From NCBI GenBank assembly GCA_034226945.1, contig CP120456.1, positions 992,001 through 1,056,000 on the forward strand: a stretch of DNA of 64,000 nt. The letters are read 5' to 3'. This document shows positions 1 to 11,632 of the stretch, in pieces. How positions within the stretch are numbered: the first letter of the stretch is position 1; the number at the start of each line of letters is the position of its first letter. This stretch comes from Picochlorum sp. SENEW3 (lineage: Eukaryota). The translations under genes and the position numbers were made by a program. The notes beneath the pieces were generated by a model, which worked only from the letters and a program-made list of their open reading frames with translations, made no database searches and had not been told where the DNA came from.

Positions 1-416
1 TGATGGCCGTGGACTGGATCCAGCCATGACTCCCCAGTCGGCCAATTTCAAATTGTGCAGTTGACCTCATAGACTCTGTAAGGCTCCAAAAGAGAAGATA
101 GGGCTATGAGAAGCCACTGCATCTATACATGCTCGAATAGATCGCGGTTGGCAGAGGTCTGACTGTGATGTTGACCAGACCAGCCTTGGGGAGATGCCCC
201 ACACGGAGCCATACGGTGATTTTTGACTTCAAACTTCGCAAAGGGTATCTAAATTACATATACATTGTAGAAACATTACAGAACTAGAGATTTGAAGGCA
301 TTTGAATGCCCTATCGTCGATTTTATTTTTTCGAGCTTTTCTCATTTTTCGAGCGCCTACCGACTGGATTCTGAGAATCACCTAGACGGGAACCACGGAA
401 TCAATTAAGAGCGGCC

Positions 417-495
417 TAATGCGATTTACCTAACGAAATTTAAAATTTTTCCTGTATATAAACAATAATTGATCAAAGATCGTAGTGTTTCTGAA
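417..495. repeat. 79-bp repeat, exact inverted copy of 37726-37804
   Basis: TAATGCGATTTACC...CGTAGTGTTTCTGAA is the exact reverse complement of 37726-37804. It includes one MITE TIR plus about 40 bp of its flank. Confidence 0.95.
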
Positions 496-841
496 TTTTT
501 TATTTTCCAGTCTTACATGCCCGGTGGTGATGCATAGTGAAAGATGAGCACAATCCTCAAATTCGGATTGAGGGGCTCGATTCCTTGAAAGAGCCTTTAC
601 TCATCCCCACCACCATCACCTCGTTTAGGCCAAGGTGTAATAATTGATGGATTGCAAACAATTGACTCAAACCATTCGTTCCAGTGATGGAAGGGAAGAA
701 GTGGAATCCACACACGACGAGGCGAGCCTGGAAGTGTGCTTTGGAGGCACTGGGAAGATTTTGCCCACTGGCAGCCCATGAACCTCTGGGCCATGCTTCT
801 TATTCCATCGCTGAGAGAATGTTTGAATAGCTACCTATTGG

Positions 842-3800
842 CTAATGGATGCTTCCTACAAGTTGCACCCCTGGTGGTGGTTTGGGGAACCAGCTGTTGG
901 TGGTGGTGTTCCAGGCTATAATTGGGAGGGAGGCGTACTCTGGCTTGCCTTGAGGCATTTTCTTAGCGTGGAGATGGAGGAGGTTCCAGAAGGTCTGAAC
1001 GGCGATGCTCTTTCCTTTGCTGACAATGGTATCTGTTTGGGGGACTGGGCCCTCTGTATGGTACTTCAATTTGTACATGTAGCGTCTGCCTCTGTCAATG
1101 GCATACACCGCGCTGACGCAGATGAAGAGCCATATGCTTTTTGGCACATGCTGAGGTGGTGTTCCTGTCCATACGAGGAACTGCACTTTTTCTGCATGGA
1201 TGGACTCGCCCGACAGCTGGCCGTACACGGCTGCTGCCACAGGGCAGTGCTTGAAGTGGTGAAGGATGTCGGGTGTCTCGCACATGCCACATGCGCATGG
1301 CTTCGACCCTGACGAGCGGATGAAACCGCCCATGGACGCATGCCAGAACGGCTCCTTCCACGTATTGTCCATCGGGAGCTTCCAGAGGTGGTGGTGGATC
1401 AGGGGGCTGCCCGGAGCCTGTGTGGCTCCGCAGAGGGCATACAGCCATCTGTAATAGGCATCGGCCCTCTCGAACTGCCCCTCCATCGATAACAAGCGAG
1501 TGACCATCTTCACTGTATACTTCTTCATCGGGTGGGCTTTTTGGCCGATGGTCCAGTGGTAGTCGTCCCTGTACCAAGTCTGTTGCTCTGGCTGGGTCCT
1601 GTTTGCCTGGATGGTCTCGATGCACGCTGGGATCGAGACCAGATATGCTTGTCCCTCGACGATGGTCGTCATTGGCGGCAATGCGCACTCGCGCAAGCAC
1701 TGGGTGGAGGTAATATGAGCATCATGTGGGTGTAGAAGGAAGGCATTCCACACCAGCTGCGACCACAGTTGCGATGTGCCCACGCGTAGCAGCCGCAAGC
1801 ACCATTTTGCTTGTCTTGCTTCGGTATGCGCTGCAAAGTTGAGGCAGCCTAGACCTCCTTCTTGTGGTGGGTCCGACATTCGTGTCGTACTCCAGCAGCG
1901 AGCATTATCAGGCAGCAGTTCTCGTGTGAGCTTGGTGATCTCTCTCAGGACCTCTTGTGGCACTCTGGTGAATTCTGCAGCATACAAGATTCTCGAAATG
2001 ACAAAGGTGTTCCACAATCGGAACTTTCCAAAACAGGAGATCCTGTTAGCTTTGATGACCTTGGCTGTCGTTGCCATGCTGTTCAGTTTGCTGTCCCAGT
2101 CGACCGTCGGTGGTGCGGTCCCATGGTGCACGGTGATACCCAGCACCTTGGCCTCTGTCACCAATTGGAATCCCTCCAGTGCACGAGGCAGTGTGGAGGG
2201 TATCCTGCCGATGGCCAGCAGGTGTGTCTTATCTCGATTCAATCGTTGTCCAGTAGCCTGATGAAATATGTTCATGCAGGCCCTGAACGTCTTGACCTGC
2301 TCTTGACTGCCGAGAAACACTTTGCTATCATCTGCATATTGGCTCAACTTTAGAGTCACGGTGGTGGGCTTGCATGCATCGAATGCTCGTCCCCCATTGT
2401 GGCATTTGGCCACTCTATATGGACACTGGAGTGTGATGCCGATGTCCGTGGCATCAATGAGAGGTGGAGCATGTACCCAATGAGGAGGTAGAGGATGGGT
2501 GAGGCCGGACAGCCCTGTCGGATCCCCGCGTGGAACTGCTTGTATGACGATATGTGGTTATCGGCATACACACGGTTCCTAGTATGCTTCATGATACCTT
2601 GTATCCAGGCCATAAGGAAGCCTGGCATTCGGAGTTCTCTGCAAATCTGTAACAGAAAACCCCGGTCAATGGTATCATATGCTTTTTGGAAGTCACACAG
2701 ACCCACCAATGCCCATTTGTTTTCGTGTGTCAAGAGGTGTGGCACCGCATCTTGAATCCATATATTCTGCGCTGAGTGTCGTCCAGGGAGAAAGGCCGTT
2801 TGTGTCTCAGGGATGAGCTTACTCATGGGCAGAGTCAGCCGATTCTTGAGCACAAAGGTGAAGATTCTGTAGTCCACATTCAGCAGCGTGATTGGTCTAT
2901 ATTTTTTTGGGTCCGGGCTCACCTCACCTTTTGGTATGGGTCTGATGATGCCATCGAAGAAATTTGCTGGTGCTTCCCCTGTTTGGATCATCTCGGTGTA
3001 TAGCTTGGCCAAGAATGGGGCAAGCACCCCTTTCAAGGCAGCATACACCGACAGTCGAATACCATCTTCTCCTGGGGCTGTTGTGCTGTTCATCTGCTTG
3101 ATCGCTCTCAAAACCTCGGATGGATGAATTTCATCCGTGGTGTGCAAGTCTTCGAAGATCCCTTTGGCTTCCTCTGGAATGAGGTCCAGGAGCTGTCGTT
3201 GGGCAGCCCTGCACGTCTGCGGCTGTGAGGAGATTTTAGAATACTCCGTCACAAAGGCTTCGAGGTTCCCTTGTATCGATCTCGAGCTCTTTCCCTGGTC
3301 TTGCATCAGAGGCGGGGTGGGCACCGTTTTCTTCGCGTTGGAGAGGTACATGTGTAGAGACTTGTCAAGATGGTCATTTTTCAGCTGCACCTTGGGTCCT
3401 GTCGAATTCATACATGCCAGCTGCGATGCCAGCTTGTCTCTCTCATATCCGCTGAGTTCATCGCGGTTTGTTTCCAGTCGCTTGAGCTTGTTCTTGATGT
3501 CGATTTCGTACTTTGTCGAGTACCAATTTGCCACGACCGCTATTTTCCTTTTGATGACAGGCCAATACCTTATGGGGCCACCTTCTTGTATATTTGGGTC
3601 CAGTGCGTCAAAAAACTCTTGGAGTTCTTTGATCGCTTCTGACAGATGCTGAGTGCTCAGTCTAAATGAACATTTGACTCTGGGGAGTTTGACCTTTGGC
3701 CTTTCCAACGTGACAGTGGGGCTGATATTCCTTCCTTGCAGGTCCAGTATAATGGGGCGATGGTCAGATTTGAGTCCAGAACTGTTCGTCTGCAAAACAC

Positions 3801-4509
3801 GTGCTGTACGAATGTATGGAGATAGGTCATGCGAGGAGTAGAATCGATCGAGTCGGGTGCCTACTCGCCCGTATTGGGTATTTTTGTACGCTGTAAAGCT
3901 CCGAGACCTTTGCAGTTCTGGGCCTTTACATTCTGCGAGCATCTGCATCCTGTCTTGCCATCGTGTCGCCACCCATTGCTCTGTTCGGTTGTGTTGCCTG
4001 CGAGAGGAAGAGGTATCTGCCACCAGATCTTCCACAAAATTCCAGTCTCCCGCCCATAAGATGCTCCGGTGCTCTTCCAAAGATGTTGTCGCCAGACCGT
4101 GGAGGTGCTGCTCAATAAGGTCGTAGGTGTGCATGTGGTTGTTGGGCATGTACGCACATCCGAGTTGGATGTGGTGCCCCGCCCACTTCATATGCACTCC
4201 TAGGAATCGACCTTCTGCTGTCTTATGGACTTGCTGTTGGATATGGATCCTGCCACGTTTGGGCCCTTGGGATTTGACCCAGATTGCCACTCCTCCAGAT
4301 TTGCATTTCACTCTTGCTTTGTTATGCCAGTAGCATTCCCATCCTATATTGTTTAGCCTGTATTGATATCCTAATTCCTCATGGGGTCTGAGATGTGTTT
4401 CTTGTAAAAGGACAGCATCAATGCTGTGTGATGTTATTAGTGTTAGAAGGCTGTTGAACTTCACTTCAGACAGCCCATTCATGTTCATTGAGAGGACCCT
4501 AATAAACAT
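842..4509 (-). CDS. LINE ORF2: AP endonuclease + reverse transcriptase + C-terminal zinc motif, one frameshift near 2455
   Basis: APE motifs NMNGL, LQETH, GDWN, RLDRFY, SDH. RT motifs PGEDG, YRPITLLNVDY, DFQKAYD, GIRQGCPASP, QYADD. C-terminal CACG..H...C. ORFs 2356..4509 and 842..2413 join by a 1-bp shift. Confidence 0.93.
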
Positions 4510-4513
4510 GTGA

Positions 4514-5893
4514 TTAATTTTGTTTGGGTGTGCGGGATCTCCGGGCCCTCAGCTTTTTGGTCGGAGATGCCTGTGTCCCTATGGTGAAGGTACCTGGTGA
4601 CCTATTTCGTCCTCTCGCCAGCTTGGTCCTGGTGTCATGACCGATGTCAATCTGCTCCTCTTCTCCATGTTGCTCCTCCTGTCCCAGCTGCTGCTCCTCT
4701 CCAGATTGTTGTTCCTCCTGTCCCAGCTGCTGCTCCTGCTCTCCACGTTGCTGCTCTGCTCCCGTCTGTTGCTGCTGCTCCGCTAGCTGATCCTCCTGGC
4801 CAGGTTGTGGTTCCTCTCCATGTTGTTGCTCTGCTTCCGTATGCTGCTCCTCTCCCAACTGTTGCTCCTCCTCCTCAAGCTGTTCCTCCTGTCCAGACTG
4901 CTGCTCCTCTCCAGGCTGTTGCTCTGCTCCCGACTGCTGTTCCTCCTGTCCAGGTTGCTGTTCTTCTCCCGCCCGGGTCTCCGAAGTTTGCTGAGTAGCA
5001 CCGAGAGGGTGCACCTTGTTGGGCACGTCCCCCTCATTGGCTGGGGCTACGTTTTCCTTAGCTGCCACCCCTTTGTGGGGCGATCTGCCTGTCGTAAGCA
5101 CTGTTTGGTAGGATGGTGGTTTAAATATGTACTGCATCTGTACTGGCTCGCTGCGCATCATGGTTTCTTCTGGGTTATATGGGAAGAGAGTAAGATCCCT
5201 CATGCCCGTCTGTTCTCTCTTTGCAAGGATTTGTTTCGCCATAGGTTTTGGCGTCTCCACTTCAATGATCCATTCGTCGAATTGGGACAAGGCTGTGTTC
5301 CGATTCACATATGAGGATCCCTCCAGAGTCCGCCCTTTGGGGACTGCAGAGTGCACATTCAACTTGAAATGCTCTCGAAGCATTTGGATGAGCTGGCTGG
5401 GGTTGGCATGTACCGGCACACCTTGGAGGACGAAACTTCGCACGATAGGTGTTCGTGGGAAGATGATATCCACAGGGTGCGTGATGGTATCCTCACCTGT
5501 GCCAGATGGCGACCAGGTGATGGAGAGCTTGTTGTCTGGCAAGGTCGCCAGGTACGCCTCAAGCTCTTGCAGAAACGCGGTATCTGCATGAATTTTGTGA
5601 GTGAAGGTTAGAATATTTGATTTTCTGTATGGAATAAAGTAGAACGTCCCATTCACAAGATACGGGGACTTCGGTTGGTCGCTGTCATTTTCAAAAACCA
5701 TCGCGTCGTAAAGGGCGGCGTACACCGCTCTCTCGTAGTTCATAGCTGCCTGTTTAACCCAGGCAGTATCTGGTTCACCTGAATGGAGTTCCATACTGAA
5801 ACGGATCTCGGTATGAACGTATTTCTTCCCTGTCTCAGCCCAAGATTGCTGAAACAGCTTCCAGGCTTCGAGGCCTGCGGAGTCTAGGCCCAT
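4514..5893 (-). CDS. LINE ORF1 protein with Q/E-rich repeat and basic C-terminus
   Basis: 459-aa ORF directly upstream of ORF2. Shares LxGVP and W(I/L)I motifs with ORF1 of LINE-C. Confidence 0.8.
   Translation of the reverse strand: MGLDSAGLEAWKLFQQSWAETGKKYVHTEIRFSMELHSGEPDTAWVKQAAMNYERAVYAALYDAMVFENDSDQPKSPYLVNGTFYFIPYRKSNILTFTHKIHADTAFLQELEAYLATLPDNKLSITWSPSGTGEDTITHPVDIIFPRTPIVRSFVLQGVPVHANPSQLIQMLREHFKLNVHSAVPKGRTLEGSSYVNRNTALSQFDEWIIEVETPKPMAKQILAKREQTGMRDLTLFPYNPEETMMRSEPVQMQYIFKPPSYQTVLTTGRSPHKGVAAKENVAPANEGDVPNKVHPLGATQQTSETRAGEEQQPGQEEQQSGAEQQPGEEQQSGQEEQLEEEEQQLGEEQHTEAEQQHGEEPQPGQEDQLAEQQQQTGAEQQRGEQEQQLGQEEQQSGEEQQLGQEEQHGEEEQIDIGHDTRTKLARGRNRSPGTFTIGTQASPTKKLRARRSRTPKQN
4650..4970. 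repeat. Coding minisatellite of 18/21-bp units encoding G(E/Q/A)E(E)QQ repeats
   Basis: Tandem CTGCTGCTCCTC/TCCAG-type units inside LINE-A ORF1. Confidence 0.85.
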
Positions 5894-5961
5894 TTGATGT
5901 TGTTATGATGTCCAACAATCAATTTCTAAGGAAAAGACAACAAGAATTCTTTCACCATCAT

Positions 5962-6234
5962 GGCTATTATGCAAGAATCGGTGCCTTGTGGTGGCCTCCC
6001 GAATTTCCTTAATAAGTACCACAGGTCGACGTCGACGTCCAGGCTTCTCAAGATTTTCACACAACCCAATTTACTCAGAGGCCCATAACTTTTCGAATAT
6101 CGCACCAAATCTCCCCATTTTTGTTTCAATAGACATATTTTCTTACCATCGTTCCGGTGAACCGATCGAAATAATAAAATACGCCCCTCAGGAAAATATG
6201 GGATTTAAGGAGGCCACCACATTTTCTGTGAGTG
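5962..6234 (+). repeat. Orphan 3' end of the CACTA-like family (terminus ...TTTCTGTGAGTG)
   Basis: Direct copy of about 48233-48499 and a closer inverted copy of 53451-53694. Confidence 0.9.
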
Positions 6235-6419
6235 AGGCCCGGATGGTCTGTCATCTACGCTCTTCCATACCTCGTTGATGCCCTTGCACTCTATTATTTT
6301 ACCATGTCTTTGTTTTATTTCTTTTTCACTCAAGATCTCGTAGAAATCACTTTCACTATTCTCTAGGGGAGAGGAGTGTCCCGCCTCGTCGTCCCCTGAA
6401 GATCCCATTCCTCGAGAAA

Positions 6420-7417
6420 GGGCAAGGTGTGCCTCCCTGCAGGCTCAAGTAGCACAGCTAGAGGGTGAGTTGTCCAGGAACAGGGCCCATGCCCAAAAGG
6501 TGGTCGAGCTGGCTTCGCCCTTGGTCATCACATCGCAGCATGCAATCGATACATGGCAAGAGAAGGCCCGTTACCTGCAACAGTGCATCCTTGGGCTTGG
6601 ATCCTTTTTTGAAGAGGAGGCAGAAGCGGTTGACCACACCCCTGCAGTTGGAGTGGACGAGCCAGCCATGGACGAAGCATCGGGGGCCTTGCTCGACCAC
6701 ATTGAGATATGCAGTTTCTACGGGACGTCAGTAGTGGGGACAGAGCAAGCTAATGCTGTCAGCACGAAAGGGTTAGAGTTCATGCAGCAACGTGATGGGG
6801 ACAGGGCCACAGTGGACCAAACCATCCATCTCTTCAACATCAAGGTGGGCGAACACGCAGTGATGGACAAATATGGACGTCGAATCTCGAATGGATTCTG
6901 TGTACTGCAATACGATCTGCAAAGGTGTCTGAGGAAAGCGTTTGGTGACCCTGCTGTGAAGAATTTTGGGAACCATACACAGAAGACAAACAAGTTTGTG
7001 TTGCCAAAGGCAGTACTGGTATCGAAACTCACAGATGCGGCCGTCGGTGAACTTACATCAAAGAAAATAATCATGAGGAATAAGCCGAACCAGGAATTCT
7101 GTTTCATTCCGTATGCAGATGTTGAGCATGTCCTTACCAAGTTTGCCCAGCACAACTGCAGGCAGCAGCAGACCACAGCAAGGCTCCTCCTCCTGCAGTC
7201 GATGCTTGACAAGTTCTATCGACGCTATTGCTGTGGTGAGGAGGTTGTTGAAGGCCAGGGCGAGGCCGTGCCAGGGGATGGAGGCCAAGCGTGGTCTGTT
7301 GAGAGAACTGATGCTGTGTCCTGCCTGCCAGAACCTTCACACGCACCTGAGGACGGCCAACCGTTCCTCCTCTGCTTTCTTTTCTGCTCGATATTCATTC
7401 GTTTTAGCTTGTGGTAA
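6420..7417 (+). CDS. KDZ-associated accessory protein, 5'-truncated, function unknown
   Basis: Homologous to 62959..64000: DKYGRRISNGFCVLQYDL vs DKHKRRISPGYYVLQHEL; KAVLVSKL vs KAVLISKL; PNQEFCFIP vs PNQEYSFVP. Confidence 0.75.
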
Positions 7418-9747
7418 TTCCAATGACACATGAATGACTTCAGGAGCGTCATGAACGATTTCTGTGACATTCTGCTCATCATGGCCTTCAGGTTCTTCAA
7501 GGGTGAGTTGTTCTGCTCTGCAACTTGCGTGTTTAACGCCTGTAACCACTTGTCCTCGTACCCTTTAATCATATATCCAAGACTGCATGCTTTGTGGTTC
7601 CTCCAATGGAAGCCATCCACGAAGAATTTGGTGTGCATGAAGAACAATGGTGCCCTGCTCAAGCAATAGTCCTGCAAGTTGCATGCATTGTCGTAAATGA
7701 CGTATTCCGGGGCTTTTCTGAGATACTGTGTCATGAATGCAAATGGTTTTTTCCTCCCTTCTGCTTCTTTGATGATGAAGGATGCATACACAAAACCATG
7801 CTCACACAGGATGGTGAACACCCCTCCTGTCCTGTCCCCAGGCTTGCAGCACGGGTGCTCACACGCATCTTTCCTCCCGTCAACGCTCTCTTCCTCTTTC
7901 ATCGAGTCTGCCTGATATTGGGGCTTGGATCGGACGCGCTGCAGGCGCGTCAGGATGCCAGAATGTAGGTATGATCCATCCAGAATTGATGGTCCCTGAG
8001 GTGGGACACCACTCCCAAGCTCGCTTTCCAGCGTGTATCTATCATGAAAAGCATTTGTACTCTCGATTCGCGTCACTAATTCATTCAGAAGATTGCCCCA
8101 TTCCGCCGGAATGTGTACGCAAGAGTCCCCAGGCCGCTTGATGATCAACAGCAGTTTGAACAGGGGTGGGGCCTCCTTGCTCAGCTGCGACAGCACATCA
8201 CTCGGAACCGTGCGGCTCTCCAAACATTCCTTGAGTAAAATACAACATCTCAACGTGATGTAGGATACAGCGGGGGACTCGGAGGCGAGGCAAAAGATGA
8301 AGTCTGCCAGGCTGGTAAGCCTCTCTGAGGAGTCCCAGGCTTTGGCTTTAGCAAACGCCCATTGCAGGAAGGAATCCACATTCCAAAGGGTTCCAAGTTG
8401 TCTTAAATGTCGTCCTTTATCCCTCCAAAATCCCTCCAGACCAGCAGCGTCGCGAGCCTTCCTGATCCGCTTCTGGAACTGCAGCAACAGCCTGGCAAGG
8501 GAAAGCCTAGCTTTCCTTGTTCTTCTGGCCTTGTCTACATTGAGGAACGACCTATCCCTTTTGCCCCGAAGCTTTGGAACACTATTACCGTTCTCATCGG
8601 TGGCCGTGATGCTGTCGGCGAAGCAAGCTCTGGACCTGATGCTCATGCTTGTCCCATCCATGATCAGCACCTTTGGGGAGTATTTGCAGCAAGGGCACAT
8701 CATCTGGTTCTCTAGCTCCACCAGTCTATCCCCATCGTCGTATTTCATTGCCCACGATGTGCATTTACCGAACTGGATTGCAGCATTACGAAAGAGTGTG
8801 GCATTCATAAAGAGCTTTTCCAGTGGGGCCCCAGGTACCCCATCCTCACCAAACGACTGCTTCCCACTGTATCTGCTGCATAAATCCGCGCACTGGCTTT
8901 CCAAAGACTGACCACCCTTTAGCACAGATGCATTATAGGCATCTTGCATCATTTGAAGCTCTATAATCATCGTGTTCGAAGCTCTCCACAGGCCATCCTG
9001 AACCCCCATGTATGGCACTTCACACTCTGCCCTTCTGTTGGGGCATACCCACTTGTATACCGATCTCTTGTGCACTGCATCATATCGCGTGGGATTCAGG
9101 AATACTAAGGCGTCTTGGCAGTCCAGTACGAGCCTAGTCCTCATAGTCCTGCTGGCAGCAGCATTGTCTAGATGGCTTTGGAGGCTTCAGTTCTGCAAGC
9201 CAAAGTATCGTTCGCCGCTAGGATGCTCCCAGGCGCTCAAACCTGCGTGATATATCCTCTGAATACTTTCAAGCACACTGCCATGCATCGGCATCTATTC
9301 GTGCCTCTTCTGGGTGGTTCTCCACATACCACTCTGCTGAGCCAGGCCTGCTGTCTATCACATACACCTCCTGGCTGCCATTGCCTCGTGCATTCTGTGC
9401 CACGGCACCTTCTTGGTTCATAGAACATATTTTCGGAACATGACGACAGCTGCGATTGTCTCGAGAACACAAGGAGCACCGCCAACCAGCCCGGTCCACT
9501 TTAAGAAAGCCCCCATCATAGTAGTATGCCACAAAGGTCCCATCCCTCCTAGTTACTTGTACCACGTCATGCGCCGCCCCAAATGTGCCAGACTTTAAGG
9601 TATCATAGTGCTTTCTCGAGTCTATACACACCCATGATAAGGATTCTCGATGCTCCATGTGCTCGTGCCTGCAGAGTCGCTGCACAGGTGGGTATTTGAC
9701 CTGTCTCAGCATGTCCTCATACAACTCTAGAGAACCAGGCCTTAAAA
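7225..9747 (-). pseudogene. KDZ transposase copy 1 (5'-truncated, frameshifts near 9140-9290, in-frame deletion near 9613)
   Basis: Motifs CPCC..IMDGT, GGVFTILCEHG, YDNAC, VDGFHWRNH, NTQVAEQNN. Colinear with 59648..62899. Confidence 0.85.
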
Positions 9748-10003
9748 GCCTTGTGTGTGAGCACAGAAACACCCGTCACCTCCTCGTTGAAGAGGGCACA
9801 TGAATGTACTTCTACGAAAGCTTTGACGTCCTCGCAAATCCAAGAGTAGCAGTGCTCTAATGGCGAGTATGGGCGATTGAACGAGTTGGTCAGAGTAATT
9901 CCTCTCTCCAGTTTCTTGACGGTCTTCTTGGCGTAGGCTCTCATACTCCTGCTATCGGGATCACTGGTTTTCTTGTTGCCGTGGTCATCCCACAAATATT
10001 TGA
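9748..10003 (-). pseudogene. ~255-bp internal fragment of a CACTA-type transposase
   Basis: Near-identical inverted copy of about 46808-47063 (GNKKTSDPDSRSMR...HSCALFNEEVTGVSVLT). Confidence 0.92.
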
Positions 10004-10190
10004 CGCTGATTTAGTGTCAGATTTGGGAAATTTGGACCAACTGCTGGCTACGATCCCCTTCTTGCTGACAATTTGAACATCTTCTTCCCCTGTCCTTTCT
10101 TTGGAGGGCCGGTCGTTTGCTACAGACTCACGCATCATTAGTCAGGCAATGAAGCTCAAATTGAATCATGAGAACGCAAGTTGATTATTA

Positions 10191-11336
10191 TTAGTCACGA
10201 AGTTGGAAGCCAAAGTCTCCATATGACTCAATGGAAACATCTGTTTGAGGATAGTACATGCCCCCATTCTTCCTAGCCTCTCCTTCTCTTTCTTCTTCTA
10301 CTTTCGTGTATTCAATTAGATTTTCTTCTGGGATCTCGCCTTTTACCCTTGCACCGGCATACAGGAATAGAGTCGTTTCGGGATGCTTCATTGTGAAATG
10401 ATAATCTTCTTGAACAAGAAAATCTAAGATATCAGACTTCTGTTCCATCTGTGAATCATAAAACTGATGATTGTGTGTCAGGATTAAGTATGCGATGGCG
10501 CCTCCAAGATTTTGCTTCCACTCCCAGGAAAAATACCTCTCAATATGAGTCTGTATCAGTTCACTGTGTATCGCCTCCGATGGATCTGCTTTTATCATTG
10601 TAGGGATATGTGGGTATTTAAAATTTTGACGAATTTGTTCTGGTAGCTGCAAATTCACTGCCTGTGCTTTGGCCCACAATTTCTTGGGGTATTGATTTCT
10701 ATGAGGTCCTACATAATCCATATTCACAAACAGGCAAGAGCCACATCTGTTCGCTATTTTCCTGAGAAATCTATCTATATATGCCACGTGGTGCAAAGCA
10801 GCAAAATTTAAAATGAGATCCCAATCGCCTTGAGGGAGAGGGTCTTGGCTATTTGCATCATGCAAATAGTACCTGATAGGTAAATTACCCTTTCTTGCTT
10901 CTTCTTCAGCCTCACTGAGGAGCTCAGCACTGATATCAATCCCTGTAGCTTCATCAATCACCCTATGTAAGAATAAATCTCGCTCTACCCAACCATTTCC
11001 GCAGTTTATAATCAGAGCATGATGAAATGGCCCTCGATTGCCAGACAACAAACTCTCCCACCATACAACAGACTCATTGCCAGTAGACATTCTATTGTTG
11101 TATTTCCTGACATGCTCGTAATCATTCCAATAAATACCGTGGTAATAAACGTTTTCATCGATTTCTGTCTTCAAAATATCAACAGGTGATAGAATATCTT
11201 TCCCTGGTGAGTTCAATCCCATTTGCAGGATTGTCAACCCGACGATGCTTGCAATTGTTAGGTTCCTCCTTGATCCCAAAAGATTTCTTAACGCGTTTTC
11301 ACGCCTAGTTCTCCCATTCCAAATAAAATATGACAT
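10191..11336 (-). CDS. Class I SAM-dependent methyltransferase with N-terminal membrane anchor
   Basis: Motif I ALIINCGNG, acidic GIDIS, DLILNFAALHHV. Hydrophobic segment LTIASIVGLTIL. Intact, intronless and AT-rich. Confidence 0.82.
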   Translation of the reverse strand: MSYFIWNGRTRRENALRNLLGSRRNLTIASIVGLTILQMGLNSPGKDILSPVDILKTEIDENVYYHGIYWNDYEHVRKYNNRMSTGNESVVWWESLLSGNRGPFHHALIINCGNGWVERDLFLHRVIDEATGIDISAELLSEAEEEARKGNLPIRYYLHDANSQDPLPQGDWDLILNFAALHHVAYIDRFLRKIANRCGSCLFVNMDYVGPHRNQYPKKLWAKAQAVNLQLPEQIRQNFKYPHIPTMIKADPSEAIHSELIQTHIERYFSWEWKQNLGGAIAYLILTHNHQFYDSQMEQKSDILDFLVQEDYHFTMKHPETTLFLYAGARVKGEIPEENLIEYTKVEEEREGEARKNGGMYYPQTDVSIESYGDFGFQLRD

Positions 11337-11375
11337 GTTGCAGCCAGTCTAGAACTCGGTTATTCGTGCACCTGT

Positions 11376-11472
11376 TCTTCGTAAAGAGGGTTCGCCCTCT
11401 TTACGAAGATATTGAGCTTTTGGTCCTACTATAGATCGTCGACGATCTCACTATAGATTCCTCTCTATAGTG
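11376..11472. other. Cluster of three palindromes or hairpins upstream of the methyltransferase
   Basis: Perfect 15-bp stem with TTCG loop at 11376-11409; 16-bp palindrome AGATCGTCGACGATCT at 11433-11448; CACTATAG-n8-CTATAGTG at 11449-11472. Confidence 0.9.
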
Positions 11473-11632
11473 GAGGTATGGAAGAGGCCTTAAACTAGGC
11501 CCCGTCGAATCGCACCTTGAAACTCTTCGTATCCCCTAGTACCATCTGGGGATTGGTTCGCAGTTCAGCGAAACAATAGCAGGTGATAAATTACGCCGCG
11601 TCGATTGTAAAAATAGAACACTTATGTATAAT

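Larger units (their letters stand above)
842..5893 (-). mobile_element. L1/Tx1-like non-LTR retrotransposon (LINE-A)
   Basis: ORF1 stop is followed 4 nt later by ORF2 with APE, RT and C-terminal Cys/His motifs. No poly(A) or TSD seen. Confidence 0.92.

Noticed and set aside
4597..5314. Leu-rich or Pro/Ala-rich + strand ORFs, and the many other short antisense ORFs in the track
   Set aside because: They are shadows of real genes on the opposite strand or of the minisatellite.
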